From: Camelus ferus
Taxonomy: Eukaryota
DNA length: 64,000 nucleotides
Direction: 5' to 3'
Assembly (NCBI RefSeq): GCF_009834535.1
Contig: NC_045697.1
Span: 90,522,001-90,586,000, forward strand
The translations under genes were made by a program, and so were the position numbers. Positions 25,947 through 39,939 of the stretch are shown here, piece after piece (positions within the stretch are counted from its first letter, which is position 1; every line of letters starts with the position of its first letter). A model generated the notes under the pieces. That model saw nothing but the letters and a program-made list of their open reading frames with translations, was not told where the DNA came from and ran no database searches.

Positions 25947-26092
25947 ATGGCTTCTCCCGCGTTATGCGGTTCACGTCAGAACCCAGAGAAGCTCCCTGGA
26001 GACCCTTCTTCACAAGAAGAAGATGAGGATTGTGATCTTGAAGATCGGGTCAGCGACTCGGGTTCATACTCCTCTACGAGTACCGATTATGA
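25947..26092 (+). CDS. INTU: INTU coding exon 1 ([49 protein letters not shown]); tandem ATGATG, alternative start 25944
   Basis: ATG at 25947 in strong context (ATGATGG); donor GA|GTAAGG at 26093; 146 nt, phase 2 matches exon 2. Confidence 0.93.
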
Positions 26093-27462
26093 GTAAGGTT
26101 CCCGAAGAGGGACAATTCAATCCATCCCTTCTGTCCCAAGAGTGTACACGTGGGCTGGGGGGTACTTGAGAGTGTTGGCGTGGTAGAGATTGAGTGTTTG
26201 AGGTTCTTTAATAAGTGAGGTTTGTTTGCACTACGTTTCAGTTGTGTGATATTGGGAGCCGAAATAAATGTGCCATTCTTTGATACTGTAGGTTTTTTGT
26301 GGTTCTGAGATGAGGAGGCTCTCTTCTTTGTGGTGGATTCTGTAATATATGAGAGAGTATCTGTTGCAGTGTTCATAAAATTCTGTTCTATCGCAGCGTC
26401 TTCTTTGGTGTCGTGATCTTTGTGACTTCAACCTCGTTAGTATTTAGAGTGAAGAGAAACCTACCACGTTTTATAAGTCAGCTGTTTAAATTATGTGATT
26501 TTTTATCCTGTTATAAAAATGAATAGGTATATAAAAGAAAGAATATTCGTCCTCGTCTCACCATGGAGAACAACCTCTCAGCATTTTGGGGGTATTTCTG
26601 TTGTATTTTCCTATACATCCCCATGATTTCCTTGTTTTATGTCATGATGTAATTTTAAAATACAGAAGATCTAAGTGTTATTTTCTACGTTCTTATCCTT
26701 AAAAATAATGAAAAAATTAATTTGATTCACAATACCCAATTACACTTCAGTTTTGGAGCAATTTATCCCTTACTGCTATGAATGAAGAACTTTTTAGAAA
26801 AGTCAATTAGTGGTAGCTTGAAATGACTGGTGGTGAAATGGTCCTGGTGCCAAACATCAATCAGCAACTGCCATAGTCATTTTTAGGATGACATTTTATG
26901 AGTATTTAGGAATAAAAGATATAAGTATTTAATGTATATTTGGGAGTATCAGTTACTTGGCAATTATTTTCACCCATAGGTAAAATTGTCTTTAAAAGCA
27001 TCGGGGGGAGAACCACCACTAATGACTGCTTAAATATACTCTGGAGGCTTAATGAGGACAGATTATATTCTGGAAGACTTGTACAAATTTGAGGATACTG
27101 AATAGTTTGTACAGTCTTCTACTGTAGTCATTTAAAAAGTAATTACAAAATTCATGGCTATCAAGCAAGACTACTAGAAGGGAGTATGGATTATGTGGAA
27201 CCTTCTTTGGTCAGGCTCTGAGAGGCATAGACAGTGTGAGACTCAGACTCTTGGTTTCTTTATATCTTAGAATCCCACACTTAGCCCACAGAAAAATCTA
27301 TAATTTCCCTGTGGTCACACAGCTGAGTGTTGTCAGTGCAGGAATTTAAGAGACTTGATTTCAAATGGGGCACCCTGATTTTGGTAAAGATAAATGAGCT
27401 ACCCCCGTTTACTAGGAAAGGGGCAAACTGAGGACTTTGTGTTAGACAACTTGTTATTTCAG

Positions 27463-27552
27463 GGGTGAGTACAGCTCAGTGGCAGAACTTGTGCATGGCA
27501 TGCACAAGGTTTGGGTTCAATCCCCAGTACCACCATTTAAAAAAAAACACAA
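27463..27552 (+). mobile_element. Vic-1-like SINE
   Basis: GAGTACAGCTCAGTGGCAGAA...GGGTTCAATCCCCAGTACC plus A tail; TSD AACTTGTTATTTCAG (27448-27462) / AACTTGTTTTTTCAG (27553-27567). Confidence 0.9.
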
Positions 27553-28509
27553 AACTTGTTTTTTCAGACCATCTTGTGATTCAGAATACATGTATATACA
27601 TATTATATTCTAGTTTTTTTTTAAATGGTCATTAAACTTACTGTGTCAGTCATTCACTAATCACTACATATTCCATTATCTTTATCTTCCTAATAATAAA
27701 AATACAGTAAATCTTTATTGTAAACTGTTTTGCTGCTCTATATTTCTGTTTTCCCAAGATTCAGGTTTTATGACTGTCGCTTCTTGGTCTGTAAGACAGG
27801 AGCGTTGACTCGCCGAGCTGGCCGAGTAGGTTTCTGTTCTGTTCTTTCCTTGTGATATTTACATCCCTGAGCTGCAAAGTCACCAATGCAAGTGGTAGCC
27901 CTCCCAGCTTGAACAGGACACTGGAACATGTAGATCAAAGGTATAGGGATGTGAACCTAATCTTTCTCATGAAAACTAAGAGATATGAATTGCCCAGTCT
28001 TTCACTGCCTGCGTGGAGGTAATTAAGAAAGTTACTCTACTTGTTGGTTCACATAAAGTATCCTGAATTTTCAGGGTTGTAGTTGGTTAATTTTTTGCAT
28101 ATTTTCTCTGGAAATTACCATTGTTTCTTGCATGCTTTGTAACTGATAACCAGTTTGAGCTGCATGTGATTGTCAATATAGAATTAATAAGTTGATTGTT
28201 TTTGAGATAAAATTTCTTTAGGCTACGTTGTGGTGAAGTACTTTCAATAGGTTTGTTTAAGACATGATGTAAGAGGAAATTTTTAGATTACTACAGTGCA
28301 TCTTGACCTGGCACATTGGCAATCCCTGAGGAAGCTGCATGTGTTGGATTGAGGGAACCAGTGACTAGTTTCAATATTGAAATAACATAAACCATACGTT
28401 TACTTGCAATAATGCCACATCTCTGCTTTGCTTTACAATATGCAACTCATTGAAGCAACATCGGTTAGTTCATGTTGGCCAGAAGTATCAATCTTATGGC
28501 TTAGATATA

Positions 28510-29140
28510 ATTTTTAAAATTGAAGTATAGTTGATTTACAATATTGTGTTAACTTCGAGTGTACAGCAAGGTGATTTAGTTTTATATATATATATTCTAT
28601 TATTTTCCATTAGGATTTTTGATTTTTTTTGTTGTTAGCTTTAAAACCTTGACTGTTGAAGAGAAAAAGGGATACTTTTTAAAGAGAATTTAGCTGTAAG
28701 AAGCTAAGGAACTTCCTTCTTAGAAGACTAGAGGAAAATGGAAATATGTCCTTTAAATTTTTTCAGGAATTTATTAACACCTTTACTGAAGTATAATTGA
28801 AATACACTAAACTGTACATATTTAAAGTGTACAGTTTGCTAAGTTGCCGTGTATTCATCTGTCAAGATAATAAACATATCCGTCTAATCCCAAAGTGTCC
28901 CCATGTTCCTCCCTAATATTACTCATGCCTTACAACCACTTACTTGCTTTCTGTCATGACAGATGAGTTTGTATTTTCTAGAATTTTATAAAAAATCGAA
29001 TCAGTATGGATTCTTTTTTGTCTGACCTCTTTTACTCAGCATAATTATTTTGAGATTCATTCATGCTATTGCCTATATATAGTTCATTCCTTTTTATTTC
29101 TGAATAGGAGATCATTGTGCAGATATATCAAAATTTGTCT
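28510..29140 (-). mobile_element. Two antisense L1 3'-end fragments (about 28510-28620 and 28780-29140)
   Basis: AATTGAAGTATAGTTGATTTACAATATTG and TTTACTGAAGTATAATTGA...ACTCAGCATAATTATTTTGAGATTCATTCATG tails. Confidence 0.75.
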
Positions 29141-30877
29141 TTTTGGGAGGTTTCAATGTAGAAATGTACTACTTGAAGAATCAAAATATTTCATTCAAAG
29201 TCATGATTCAGTATATTAATATACAATTTAGTATATTTCCGTTTCTCTCCTGCTCTGAACCCTGACTTCTTTTCTCTTTTAATTTTCTTTTATGAACTTA
29301 TACAAATTAAAAAGTCAAATAGTATATAACTAGGTTTATGATGAGAAATGGTAATTCTCTGCTAGCATCTCTCTGTACTCCCAGCTCAGTGTGTTTGAAA
29401 ATTCATTATCTGCCTTGTTTCTCCCCTAGTGTTGCCCATCTCTTCTTCTGAGATCACTCTCTTCTTACTCAGGTCTTCAAATATAGTAAGTCTCCAGTCC
29501 TCTTGACTTCCTCTTCTGATGTCCACTCCCCCGACTGTTTCCCCCTTCTCAGGGATACTGCCTTACTCAGAGGGCTTGCCTCCCTCTTACACCAGTAGAG
29601 TAGCCTCCACACTGGTCTGGGTGCCTCTGATTTCTCCCATCCTCAGTCTTTCTTCCATACAGCTCCCAGAGTTTGTTTTCTAAAACACAGGTCTAAAACA
29701 TTTTTTTCTAAAAGAACCTACTTGAAAAAGAAATAATGTGGCAATTCGGATCAGAAATAGAATTAAACACATGCTTGCCTATTTCCAACAAAGCTAACTA
29801 CAATGAAGCAGATAGCCACGTGCTTAACCAGGTCATCCTTGTGATCAGGAGAAGGCTGAGATTAAAAAACTAGCAACTGATATTTCATTTTTGATCTCTG
29901 GTGACTATATTGGTCAAAGAATTCAATCCCCTTCAATTACAATGGAATGTCTTTATAAGGTAGCCTGAAATAACTTTTGAAAATGAGACTGATTCTGTTA
30001 GCACATTTGCAACATCAAAATAATTTTTTCAACACATTATTATGAGAGGCATCCTGGTGCAGTGTAATGAGTACTGGATTAAGAGGGAGGGTCAGACAAC
30101 CTGCGCTCTATTCTTCCCTCCCGCTAACCATGTGGCCTTAGATGTGTCACAATTTCTGTGAGCATTTCATATGTTAAAATGAGAATAAAAATACTCATTC
30201 AATTCTGAGTTTTGCTGATTGAGAGAATGTTTGCTTAAATCTTAGGAACAGGAAAATCATGAGCATGTAGTTGATGACATGGGATTGACAGGAAGACAAA
30301 GATGTTAAAAGTGATGTGTATTTATTTGATTTGAAAGAGGGTTAATCCAAACTGAATTTCATTTCCTCTATTTTTTCCAGCTTATATTGAAATATAATTG
30401 ACAAATAAAAGTTGTACATGCAATTTGATATATGCATACAGTAGTAGATTCTCCAAGAGGAATGTAAATATCCTTTTACAAGTTTATTTTGCTTGCCTGA
30501 AAGTGTTAACATTTTAATTTCATCAAGTCTTCTCTTGTTTTGAGGGATTCAGAATTAGAGGAACTCTTGGTTATAACGTACCATTGTATAAGATGTCTCT
30601 AAGTAACACGTTTTCTCATCTTTGTCAGAGGCTTCACTACTTTCTCCATCTTCAGGATGGAGACAGCTATATTCTGAGGGGCCATGGAGGTAAAGAGAAA
30701 ACTAAAGTCTGAGTGTGTAAATGTTTCTACCTCTTTGGAAATGGAATCTTTGTATAGATGACCTAGGAAAGATACAGTTTTCTTTAACATGAAAACTGTC
30801 TTCCTGGTACTGAGAAGCTTTATGAGCCTTCATCTATTTTGAGTTTTATTTCAAAATTTAAAATATTAGGGTAATTG

Positions 30878-31137
30878 TGTCAGGGCAGTGGAACTACTCT
30901 GTATGATACTATTGTGGTGCATTTGTCCAAACCCATAGATTGTATACAGAGCAAACCATAATGTAAATTTTGGGTTTGGGATGATAATGATGTGTCAATA
31001 TAGGTCCATTGATTGTAACAAATATACCACCCTGGTAGGAGATGTTGATAATGGAGGAGGCTGTACATGTGGTATATGGGAAATCTATCTTCCCTTCAAT
31101 TTTGCTGTGAACCTAAAACTGATCTTTTTTTAAAAAA
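30878..31137 (+). mobile_element. L1MC/MB-like 3' end
   Basis: CAGGGCAGTGGAACTACTCTGTATGATAC...TGTAACAAATATACCAC...TGCTGTGAACCTAAAACTG. Confidence 0.8.
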
Positions 31138-31292
31138 GCCTAGTAAATCATTTTTCTAGTCAAAAGCTTGATGGCTTTCCAAATAAACTCCAGATTCCTT
31201 AGGATGCTTTTTAATAGCTCCTTTAGACCTGTCCCTAGCCTTCCTGATCTCATCTTTGATGATCTTTTTTTTAAGCCACCAGTATTCCTACT

Positions 31293-31655
31293 TGTCTCAC
31301 CTCTGGATGCTGTTTTAAAAACAGCCTAGACTGAATGGCTTATAAACAACAGAAATTTATTTTTTTGCAGGAGGCTGGAAGTCCAAGATCAGTACCAGCA
31401 TAGTCGGGTTCTGGTGAGGTCTCTCTTCCAGGTTACAGGATGTAAGTTCTCATTATATTCTCACATAGCAGAGAGGAGAAGCAAGTTCCTTGTGACTCTT
31501 TTAAGGGCACTAATCCCATTCGTAAGGGTTCCACCCTTGTGATGTCATCTAATTCTAATTACTTCCCAAGGGCCCCACCTCGTAATACCATCACATTGGG
31601 TGCTAGTGTTTCAACATATAAATTCTGGGGGAACATAAACATTCAGTGTATAACA
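31293..31655 (-). mobile_element. MaLR LTR (MLT1A/MST-like)
   Basis: GGCTTATAAACAACAGAAATTTATT, GGAGGCTGGAAGTCCAAGATCA, AAGGGCACTAATCCCATTC, AACATTCAGTGTATAACA. Confidence 0.85.
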
Positions 31656-33239
31656 TTGCTACACTGAAATGTCCATTCTCATTCCTACCATGTTCTTGCA
31701 CACCTACATTTATATGTACTTTGTTCTCTCTGTTTAAAACACCTTTTCTTCCTAGCTCTACTTGTCACAGTCATTCAAGGTCCCATTTAAAGTGCCACCT
31801 TCTCCTAGAACCTTATTTGATTCCTCTTAGACTTAATCTCTCCAAACTCCCCCCTTCTATAGCATTTTTTATTCCTCACTTTTGGAACTTGCATTTCACC
31901 GAGGTGATGAGCTCTGTCCACCTGACATCTTTAAAAGCACAATAAATCCCTATCTGAAAATGATTTGCTGGTCTGTGATTTCAGTTCTACCAAGGTTAGA
32001 CTGTATCCTTAACTGTGATGTGTAGCCATGCCCCGTTTAGCTGGAGGACTGGGGTAGGGGACAGGCTCATTAGCATAGTTCCAGTGGAGATGTGAAAATT
32101 TATTTCATGCGGTGAGTACGCAGTCAGTAGTTCGCTGGCTGATCCCTTCCTATTCTCTGACATGGTTCACGTTTGTCCCAGTGGGGACTGTAGCTCATCC
32201 AGAAGGAGCATCATCTGCCCATCCCAGGTTCCCCACCTCCTCAAGCTGCTGTAACAGCTGGCATAGGCTTGAACTATTAAAGTCATGGTTTTCTTTTATA
32301 AAATAATCAAAAGACTTCAGGAATGAAAATTAGATATTGCTGGTGGACAGAGCACAGAAGTGAAAACACAAAAAAAGCATTAGACAGATCAGTACTTACT
32401 AAAGGAGCCCCAGTTAGAATCCTTGATAATCTGTCATGCTGTTTTTACTGTGCATAGTTTTTCTCTGTGCCTAGAATTGTCTTGCTGTACTTATTAGCAC
32501 TATGCAACTGGGTAACTACATGTGTCGGCTACTTTGGTAAACCACATAGTGCTTTCCCCACTAAGAAGGGGGAAAAATGCATAATGTAACAGGTAGTAGC
32601 AGTAGTAGCAAAAGTCTTTTTTCCTTAAGGAAGTGTACCATGAGGGCTGGCTATTTCGTAACGTTTTTCTTATGGTGGCCAAGTAAATCTTGATACTATT
32701 TCATTTGATGAAAAATGCTGACATTAATAAAACTAAGATCTGAGATATTTGATAACTTAGAAGAAGAAAAAAGATTTAGTGAAAAAAAAAAACAGATTTA
32801 GTATCAATATAGAATTCTTGAATACATCAGTAATTGAGAAACTTACCAGTATTATTTGAAGTTCATTTTCTTTAATATATTTATGTCACAGCTTATGTAA
32901 GAGAACTCGAACTTGCTTATTTGCAAATTAGCAAGTTTTTCTTTGGGAAGAAGGACTCTACTCATCTTTACTGCATCAGTTAGGGCCTTGAAACCAATTA
33001 AAGTGCTGTTAGACTTTGAGGGTAGACTATAAGTAAATAAAGTTATTCCTGTTTAGAGCAAAGTACAATAAACAACTTGTAAGAATCTCATTGAAAGACA
33101 TTTACACAATGACAACTTTGCAGCTTGTACTGTAGGACCTCAGAAAAGAGATGAATATTTATATTAATATTGATTAAGGTGACTCATGTATTACAGAAAT
33201 CTGAATTAAAACTGCTAGATTTAATTCATTTAAAAATAT

Positions 33240-33700
33240 AAACCTTTTATTTTGGAATAAGTTTAGATTTACAGAAAAGTTGCAAAGGTAATGCAGAGAG
33301 TTCCTGTATATCCTTCACCCAGTTTTCCCCAGATGTTACCATCTTACACAGATACAGTGCACTAGTGAAAACTAAGAAATTCATATGAGTACAGTACCAT
33401 CAACTAAACTCCAGACGTTTCTCAGATTTCACCATTCCTCTACTTAATGTCCTGTTTCTGTTCTAGGATCTAGTCCAGGATATCATATTGCATTTAGTCT
33501 CCTCTGGTCTGTGACAGTTTCTCAGTCCTTCCTTGTTTTTCATAACCTCAGTCACTTGGCTAAGATGGTATCTGCCAGGTTTCTTCACTGTGAAGCTGCT
33601 ATTTTTCACTTTACGTACTCTGTTCTTTGGAAGCACGTCACTAAGTCCAGTCCACACTAAAGAGGAGGAAAGATTACGCTGGGGAGAATCTACATATAAT
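33240..33700 (-). mobile_element. L1MC/MD-like 3' UTR fragment
   Basis: TTTTATTTTGGAATAAGTTTAGATTTACAGAAAAGTTGCAAAG and CAGGATATCATATTGCATTTAGT motifs. Confidence 0.75.
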
Positions 33701-35123
33701 ATTATTTTCATTATTAATGAATACTTGCCATGAAAAGTTGGGATTTTTGTTTTATTGCTGTTTTAATAAACTCCCTTTGTTCTAATAGAACTTATTTCAG
33801 AATGCAGTCTTTCCACCTCTGTTAAACCTTCTGACACATTGATCAGTTATGCTCTTGATGTTTATCTAAATAGGAATTAATCACCCTAGTAGGGATAAGG
33901 AATCCTCCTGGGAATTCTGAACTGTGGCTTTGAAGGCAGCATCTCCTTTTGGTTCTTACGTCACCGGCACTTAGCTTGGAACCTAGCAAATAGAGGTCAC
34001 CGGAGAAATCTTCCTTTATTGCCACGGGTTGGAAAAATTCAGAAGTATAAGAGCTATGTCTCATAAAGGTGTAAGTTTCTCCACAGTTCTGACTCTGCAG
34101 GGTGAGAGGAAGGGACCTGTCATTTATTTGGCATTTACCTTGCCAGGCACATTGTTTTATTTGCTGTTGATAACAGCCCTGTGAGGTAGCTATAATCCAT
34201 TTTCTAGATGAGGAAAACAAAAACTTAAAAAAGTGAAAAGTCTCAGTAGAACAGAGTTTGAACCAAGGTCTGTGACTTCTCAGTTCATTTCCTTTTTATT
34301 ATATGTTTTGCCACCTTTTACAGACTCCCACATTCATTTATTTGTCTTTATTCCTATCTCTTATCTCCCTTCTTTTAATTTCTTCCTCTTTTTTTAAAAA
34401 AGATTTCTTCCACTTAAAGTGAAATATTTTTAAATCTAGAGGTTAAGAAAATGGGTCTCTTTCATTGCTGGTGGAAATGTGAATTGGTATAGTCTTTGGG
34501 TAAAGATATATATACGTATCTTTATTAAATACTGATTTCTGCAGGTACAGATAGGTATGGTCAAAACAATTGATACATGATGAATCATCCACAGGAATCG
34601 ATGCTAAAAGTGCCTGAAGTGATGCCACACACTGGGAATCAGCAAGTGCCTAAGAAATACTAGTTTTGATATCTGGGAATAGTTATTTTTTTAACCATTT
34701 ATATAGAGTTGAAAATTCTTATATATTATTTTATTTATATAAATATTATCACCCACGGACCAGGGCAGTGGTTAGTTTCAGATTGACTGATAGAACAGTG
34801 CGTTTCTGGGGGTGTTAATTTTCACATTTTGACTTTTAAGTTAAAAGAACCAGAGTTGCTAACAAACACTGCAGAAAACTGAAAATGTCTTCTGACTGAA
34901 TGATTAGAACACAAATTATACCCTTTCACGCCAGGATATTACAGCTCATGTGTCTGAAAAATCTCTCTCTACATGTTAGTTTTTCCACTGTGACCAATTT
35001 TGCTCTAAAGAATAGCAGCTTGAAAGGTAAGCTGTTCATAGCATTTAACAGGCTAGAGTTTGTAGTTAGGTTTGTTACCTTAAGATGAGTATTTTTGTTT
35101 TTTAATACTGTTTCAATCATTTT

Positions 35124-35154
35124 TTTAATTGAAGTATAGTCAGTTTACAATGTA
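35124..35154 (-). mobile_element. Ultra-short (31 nt) L1 3'-tail insertion with perfect 15-bp TSD
   Basis: TTTAATTGAAGTATAGTCAGTTTACAATGTA between TGTTTCAATCATTTT (35109-35123) and TGTTTCAATCATTTT (35155-35169). Confidence 0.85.
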
Positions 35155-35886
35155 TGTTTCAATCATTTTAATAGCAATATTTTTGTTTTTTTCAATGGCC
35201 TGCTTCCCAGTTAAAACTTTTTACAATCATATGATGAATTATGTAATATGTAGTTTACGCTTCCTACCACAATTATTCATTAAAAGGAATTTTATGGAAA
35301 TTATAGGCTACAGTAGTGATTACTATTAACTGTGATTATAAACTAGTTGTTTTCAGCAAAGGTTTTAGTTCATGGTGAGTTAATGCTTTTTTTTTTTGAA
35401 AATTTATTGTATACACAAAGTCTCTTAATGCTGGTAGACTTTAGTTTTTGTTTTAACATGTCAGCCATGCTGAATAATTATGGAAAGAGGATGTTTTTCT
35501 GTACAGTTTCTGAATGTCTTATGTCTCTGGATATAATTGCATAATCAACTACTAATGTAAATTATTGTCCAGTGAAATTGTCTAAGGTGAACAATAATCA
35601 CACAGGGGCTAATTTAGATTTAAAAACAAAACAGAACCTTAGATTCTAGCAGGGGGCCATTTCTCTTTTTTTATTTGTTTTCTTTTCTATCTGTATGCCA
35701 TCTTGATCCCTTCTCCAACCTCCGTTCTTCAAGGCTCTATAGGAAATAATGTTGATGCTTACAATACATTAGAAACAGTAAGGAGACTTTGAAATAATCA
35801 AAGAACTTTCACCCTTCCCATCTCCCTGTTCCCCATTACTCCCACACCCCCTGCTGGAAAGACATAACTGTTTTTCTCATGTTTGA

Positions 35887-36465
<579 letters not shown>

Positions 36466-36754
36466 TAAGTGCTGCTGGTGAGCATTAGTCCTTGTTTGGG
36501 GGGATTAATGACTGATTATACCTCGTGAGGAAAGTGATCAAAACAGAAATATACCCAGAGTCTCAACAAATTAAGGACTACTTGACATTTGGGACAACAG
36601 TGTAATTGTAAGGATGGTGTACTACAAGGCACAGTGTTCTTAAGACAAACACTTTAGTGCGTTGAATATACGTGTGTGCCTCGTTTAGGCGAGGGAACAG
36701 CTTAAGTAATTTTTGAGTTTTTATATAATTTTGTTTCATCTTGGTTGTACTTGC

Positions 36755-36807
36755 TGACAAGAAAAAGAAAATAAGTTGATTGTGACAAGAAAAAGAAAAT
36801 AAGTTGA
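36755..36807. repeat. Tandem duplication, 28-bp period (25-bp identical core)
   Basis: TGACAAGAAAAAGAAAATAAGTTGA at 36755-36779 and 36783-36807. Confidence 0.95.
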
Positions 36808-37509
36808 CAGTGATAATTTAGGTTTGAATGACGTATATCCAATAACATGATATAAAAATATGTAATTTATGAATAAAAATACTTTAAAATTGTATGTTTG
36901 CACTTGAGTACACTAAATTCTTGGAGTGGTTTTAAACTATTTCCTTTGGCATATTTAGCAACAGTGGTATTGTACATAAATTTCCTCTTAAGGGTGTTTG
37001 TCATAAAATATCTCACCAATTTTGAGGGGAAAATAATAAATTCACAAGTTATTTTGAATATATGTTAAGATGAGCGTTTTGTGTTGCTGATACATTTTAA
37101 GCTGTTGGATATGTTTGAGTTAGTAGCAACTTTAGTACTTAAAGATAGATTAGTCAAAGATGAGAATGTATTACTAATGAAACTTAAAGGTATTCACAGT
37201 TCTCAAAGCTGGCAGTCTTAAGTTGACCCAGCCTAAAAGATTTTGATAAAAACTTTTATAGATACTTTAGAAGCATTTAAAAATATTTCTTACTTTAAGT
37301 CCAAATTTTGTTTGTTTATTGATTCAACAAATAATTTTTTGAGCATCCACTAAGTACCAGGAATACAAAGATGACTCTAATGATCCAGTTTCTTCTCTTA
37401 AGGAGCTCGTACAATGGTGGAAAAGGTGGGTCAGAAATCAGTGGTTTCCCACAGTGTGATAAGTGCCGTGATAGGGGTTTGCAAGGAGGAATCCTGCAGG
37501 AAGGGCATC

Positions 37510-38170
37510 TGTGCAAAGTGTGTGCTCCAAACGGTTGCAACAAGATCCCACATTCTCTCCTTACAATGTAATGTTGATACTCCTCCCAGGCAGAGTTATG
37601 GTCTATGTGTCTCTGTGTTCCTCCCCCAACCGCTGCCTTGAGTCTGGGTGGGCTTGTGACTACAGCTTAAGTGGTACTGTGTGACTGAAGTGGGCTCATA
37701 AAAAGTGGTGCAGCTTCTGCCTGTCACCATGCCGGCAGGAAGGCCTGGCCACGTGACGAGGCCATGAGTAGTGATCTGGCCGAGACCCCAGCCTCCCTGC
37801 AGCAAAGGCCACCAGACATGAGTGAAGATGCCTTCCAGGTAAATCCAGCCCCAAACACCGTTTGGCTGTGACTACACGACGAGCCCTGAGTGAGAACCTC
37901 AGCTGAGCCCTGTCAACCCCAGAACTGGGGGAGAGAATAAACGGTTGTTGTTGTTTGTTTGTTTTCTTTTTTTTAATTGAGTTATAATTGACATAACATT
38001 TGGTTAGTTTCAGGTATACAACATAATGATTTTATATTGTGTATACAGCGACATCGTCATCACAGTAGGTCTAGTTAACATCCATCTCCACACATGGTTA
38101 CGAACGATGGTTGTTGTTTTAAGCTGCTGAGCTTTTTGGGAGATTGATTGCAGCAGTGGATACCTGCAAC
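37510..38170 (+). mobile_element. MLT1-type LTR interrupted by an antisense L1 tail (about 37953-38106)
   Basis: MLT1 motifs (CCAGACATGAGTGAAGATGCC, GTTGTTGTTTTAAGCTGCTGAG); nested insert TSD ACGGTTGTTGTT (37941-37952) / ATGGTTGTTGTT (38107-38118). Confidence 0.75.
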
Positions 38171-39939
38171 GGGAGCGGGTGTGTACTTACATCCTCTCAG
38201 TCCTCAGCTTCCCTTTTTGTAAAATGATGGAACTGGACTGAAATGTCTCTAGTGTTTGTTCTTTTAGTTCTGTCAAAGCAGGCCAGAATTCCTGCTTACG
38301 AAATCCTGCCTGGTTGTTGCCAACCACGATAATTTTAGGATCCCACGTGCTGGGATACTCCAGCTTAAGGCATTCTCTTTATGCTTACCTGGGGCCTCCG
38401 CCTGGAATGCCTATTTGGGCTGAGTTATAGCCAAATCTCTAAAATTCTTTTTACCCTTTTCTCTTGAAACCTTGTGGAGAGATGGTTATGACCTATGAAA
38501 CTCTTTAGTCCATATTTCCTCTCCCCTGATACTCCAGTCTGAGTATCCGGCTGAGCCTTTTAGGACTGCTGGTTACCTCTAGGCATGATCTCTGCACCAT
38601 CTGTAATGGAGGAAGGAGAACAAACCAGAGAGAGGAAGAGACTCCCAAAACACTAGTAAAATAACTTAAAGATACATAAGGTGCAAGAGACTACTTTTTA
38701 ACCTGAGTGCAGTAGTGACATGGATATGTTCACTTTGCGATAATTCATTGTATTGTACTCCTACAATTTGTGCACTTCCCCGCATATGTTAAATAGCAGT
38801 AAAAAGTTAGAAAAATGAGGCTCATTCCAAGTTTGTAATGGAAAAGTTTATAATTTACTAATAAGTAGAAAAGGAAATTTGTCCAAACAAAATGACCATT
38901 TTATCTTTGGTACATAGCAAAATGCTTGGCTCATACTAAATCCTCAAAAAGCATTTACTGAGTGAATGAATAAACTATGTAAAAAGAAAATATGCAGGGG
39001 CCACAGTTAGAAGTTAATATAAATACAGCAAAATGCTGATAGTGTTGGGTAAGTGTTGAAGCATTACGGATGATTATTTTCTCTACTCATTCAAGATTTT
39101 AATTTGATGATTATGTTCTGTATTTTTTAAATTATATACTTTGGGGATAAAGAATGGATGATTTTCATGTCATGTTGAGTTTGCTAATCCCACAAGATGC
39201 TCCTGTGATGTAATTTCTGACGTGCCTCTTTCATAGTGACATTTTGCACTGCAGTCACCCCATAGGCAGGCGTATCATGAAAACTTTGTCCTGGTCAGTG
39301 CAGTTTGCTCAGGATGACCTCTGCCATTGTCTGGCTGGAGGATGACCCACCATTGACTTAAGTCCCTTGGTACAGTGAGACTGGTGCCTCTTCCTTCTTT
39401 CTTTTCACAACAGCAGATTCTATTCTGATTCTTCTTTGCTGGGTTCCTGGGAGTTTTGCTACCTTTTTTGGTGCCATTTTTTGCTGTGCCTGCTGCCAGG
39501 GGCTTGCATGTTTATTTTTATATTCTGTTTTTGTGTTTTTCTTAAAGTTTAATAGCTGATAGCTCGTGGACTACCTGTTGCCAGCCCCTGTCTTGGTCTA
39601 GAGCAAATGTTAGTTCCCCTTTTTTCCACATCCTAAAAACTGCACATCACCTCAGTGATTTATTTTTTCTTCAAGTGTACCCATTTAAATGTTGGTCATT
39701 TTCACTAGGTATTTTTTGAGGATTGGAAAGGATAGGGTTAGAGAAATTACACATTAATGTTCTAAACACTTACACCCCTGAACACTATTTCTGGGAAACA
39801 ATAAAGTTTTTATTTCAAAGTCTTTTTGTGTTAGCTTCTAATGTTCTCACCTGTGATCACTGAATAAATTTATTTTGTATAACACCTGTGCTAAGTTTCT
39901 CTTTTAATTAAAAAATTTTTGAAGTATTTTTTAGTTTAC

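Noticed and set aside
25835..26026. 63-aa ORF overlapping exon 1 in another frame
   Set aside because: Starts at TTG within promoter motifs; no supporting feature.
37316..37805. Cys-rich small ORFs (CxxC-like) in intron 2
   Set aside because: They overlap L2-like and MLT1 repeat sequence, with no splice-consistent exon or recognisable family.
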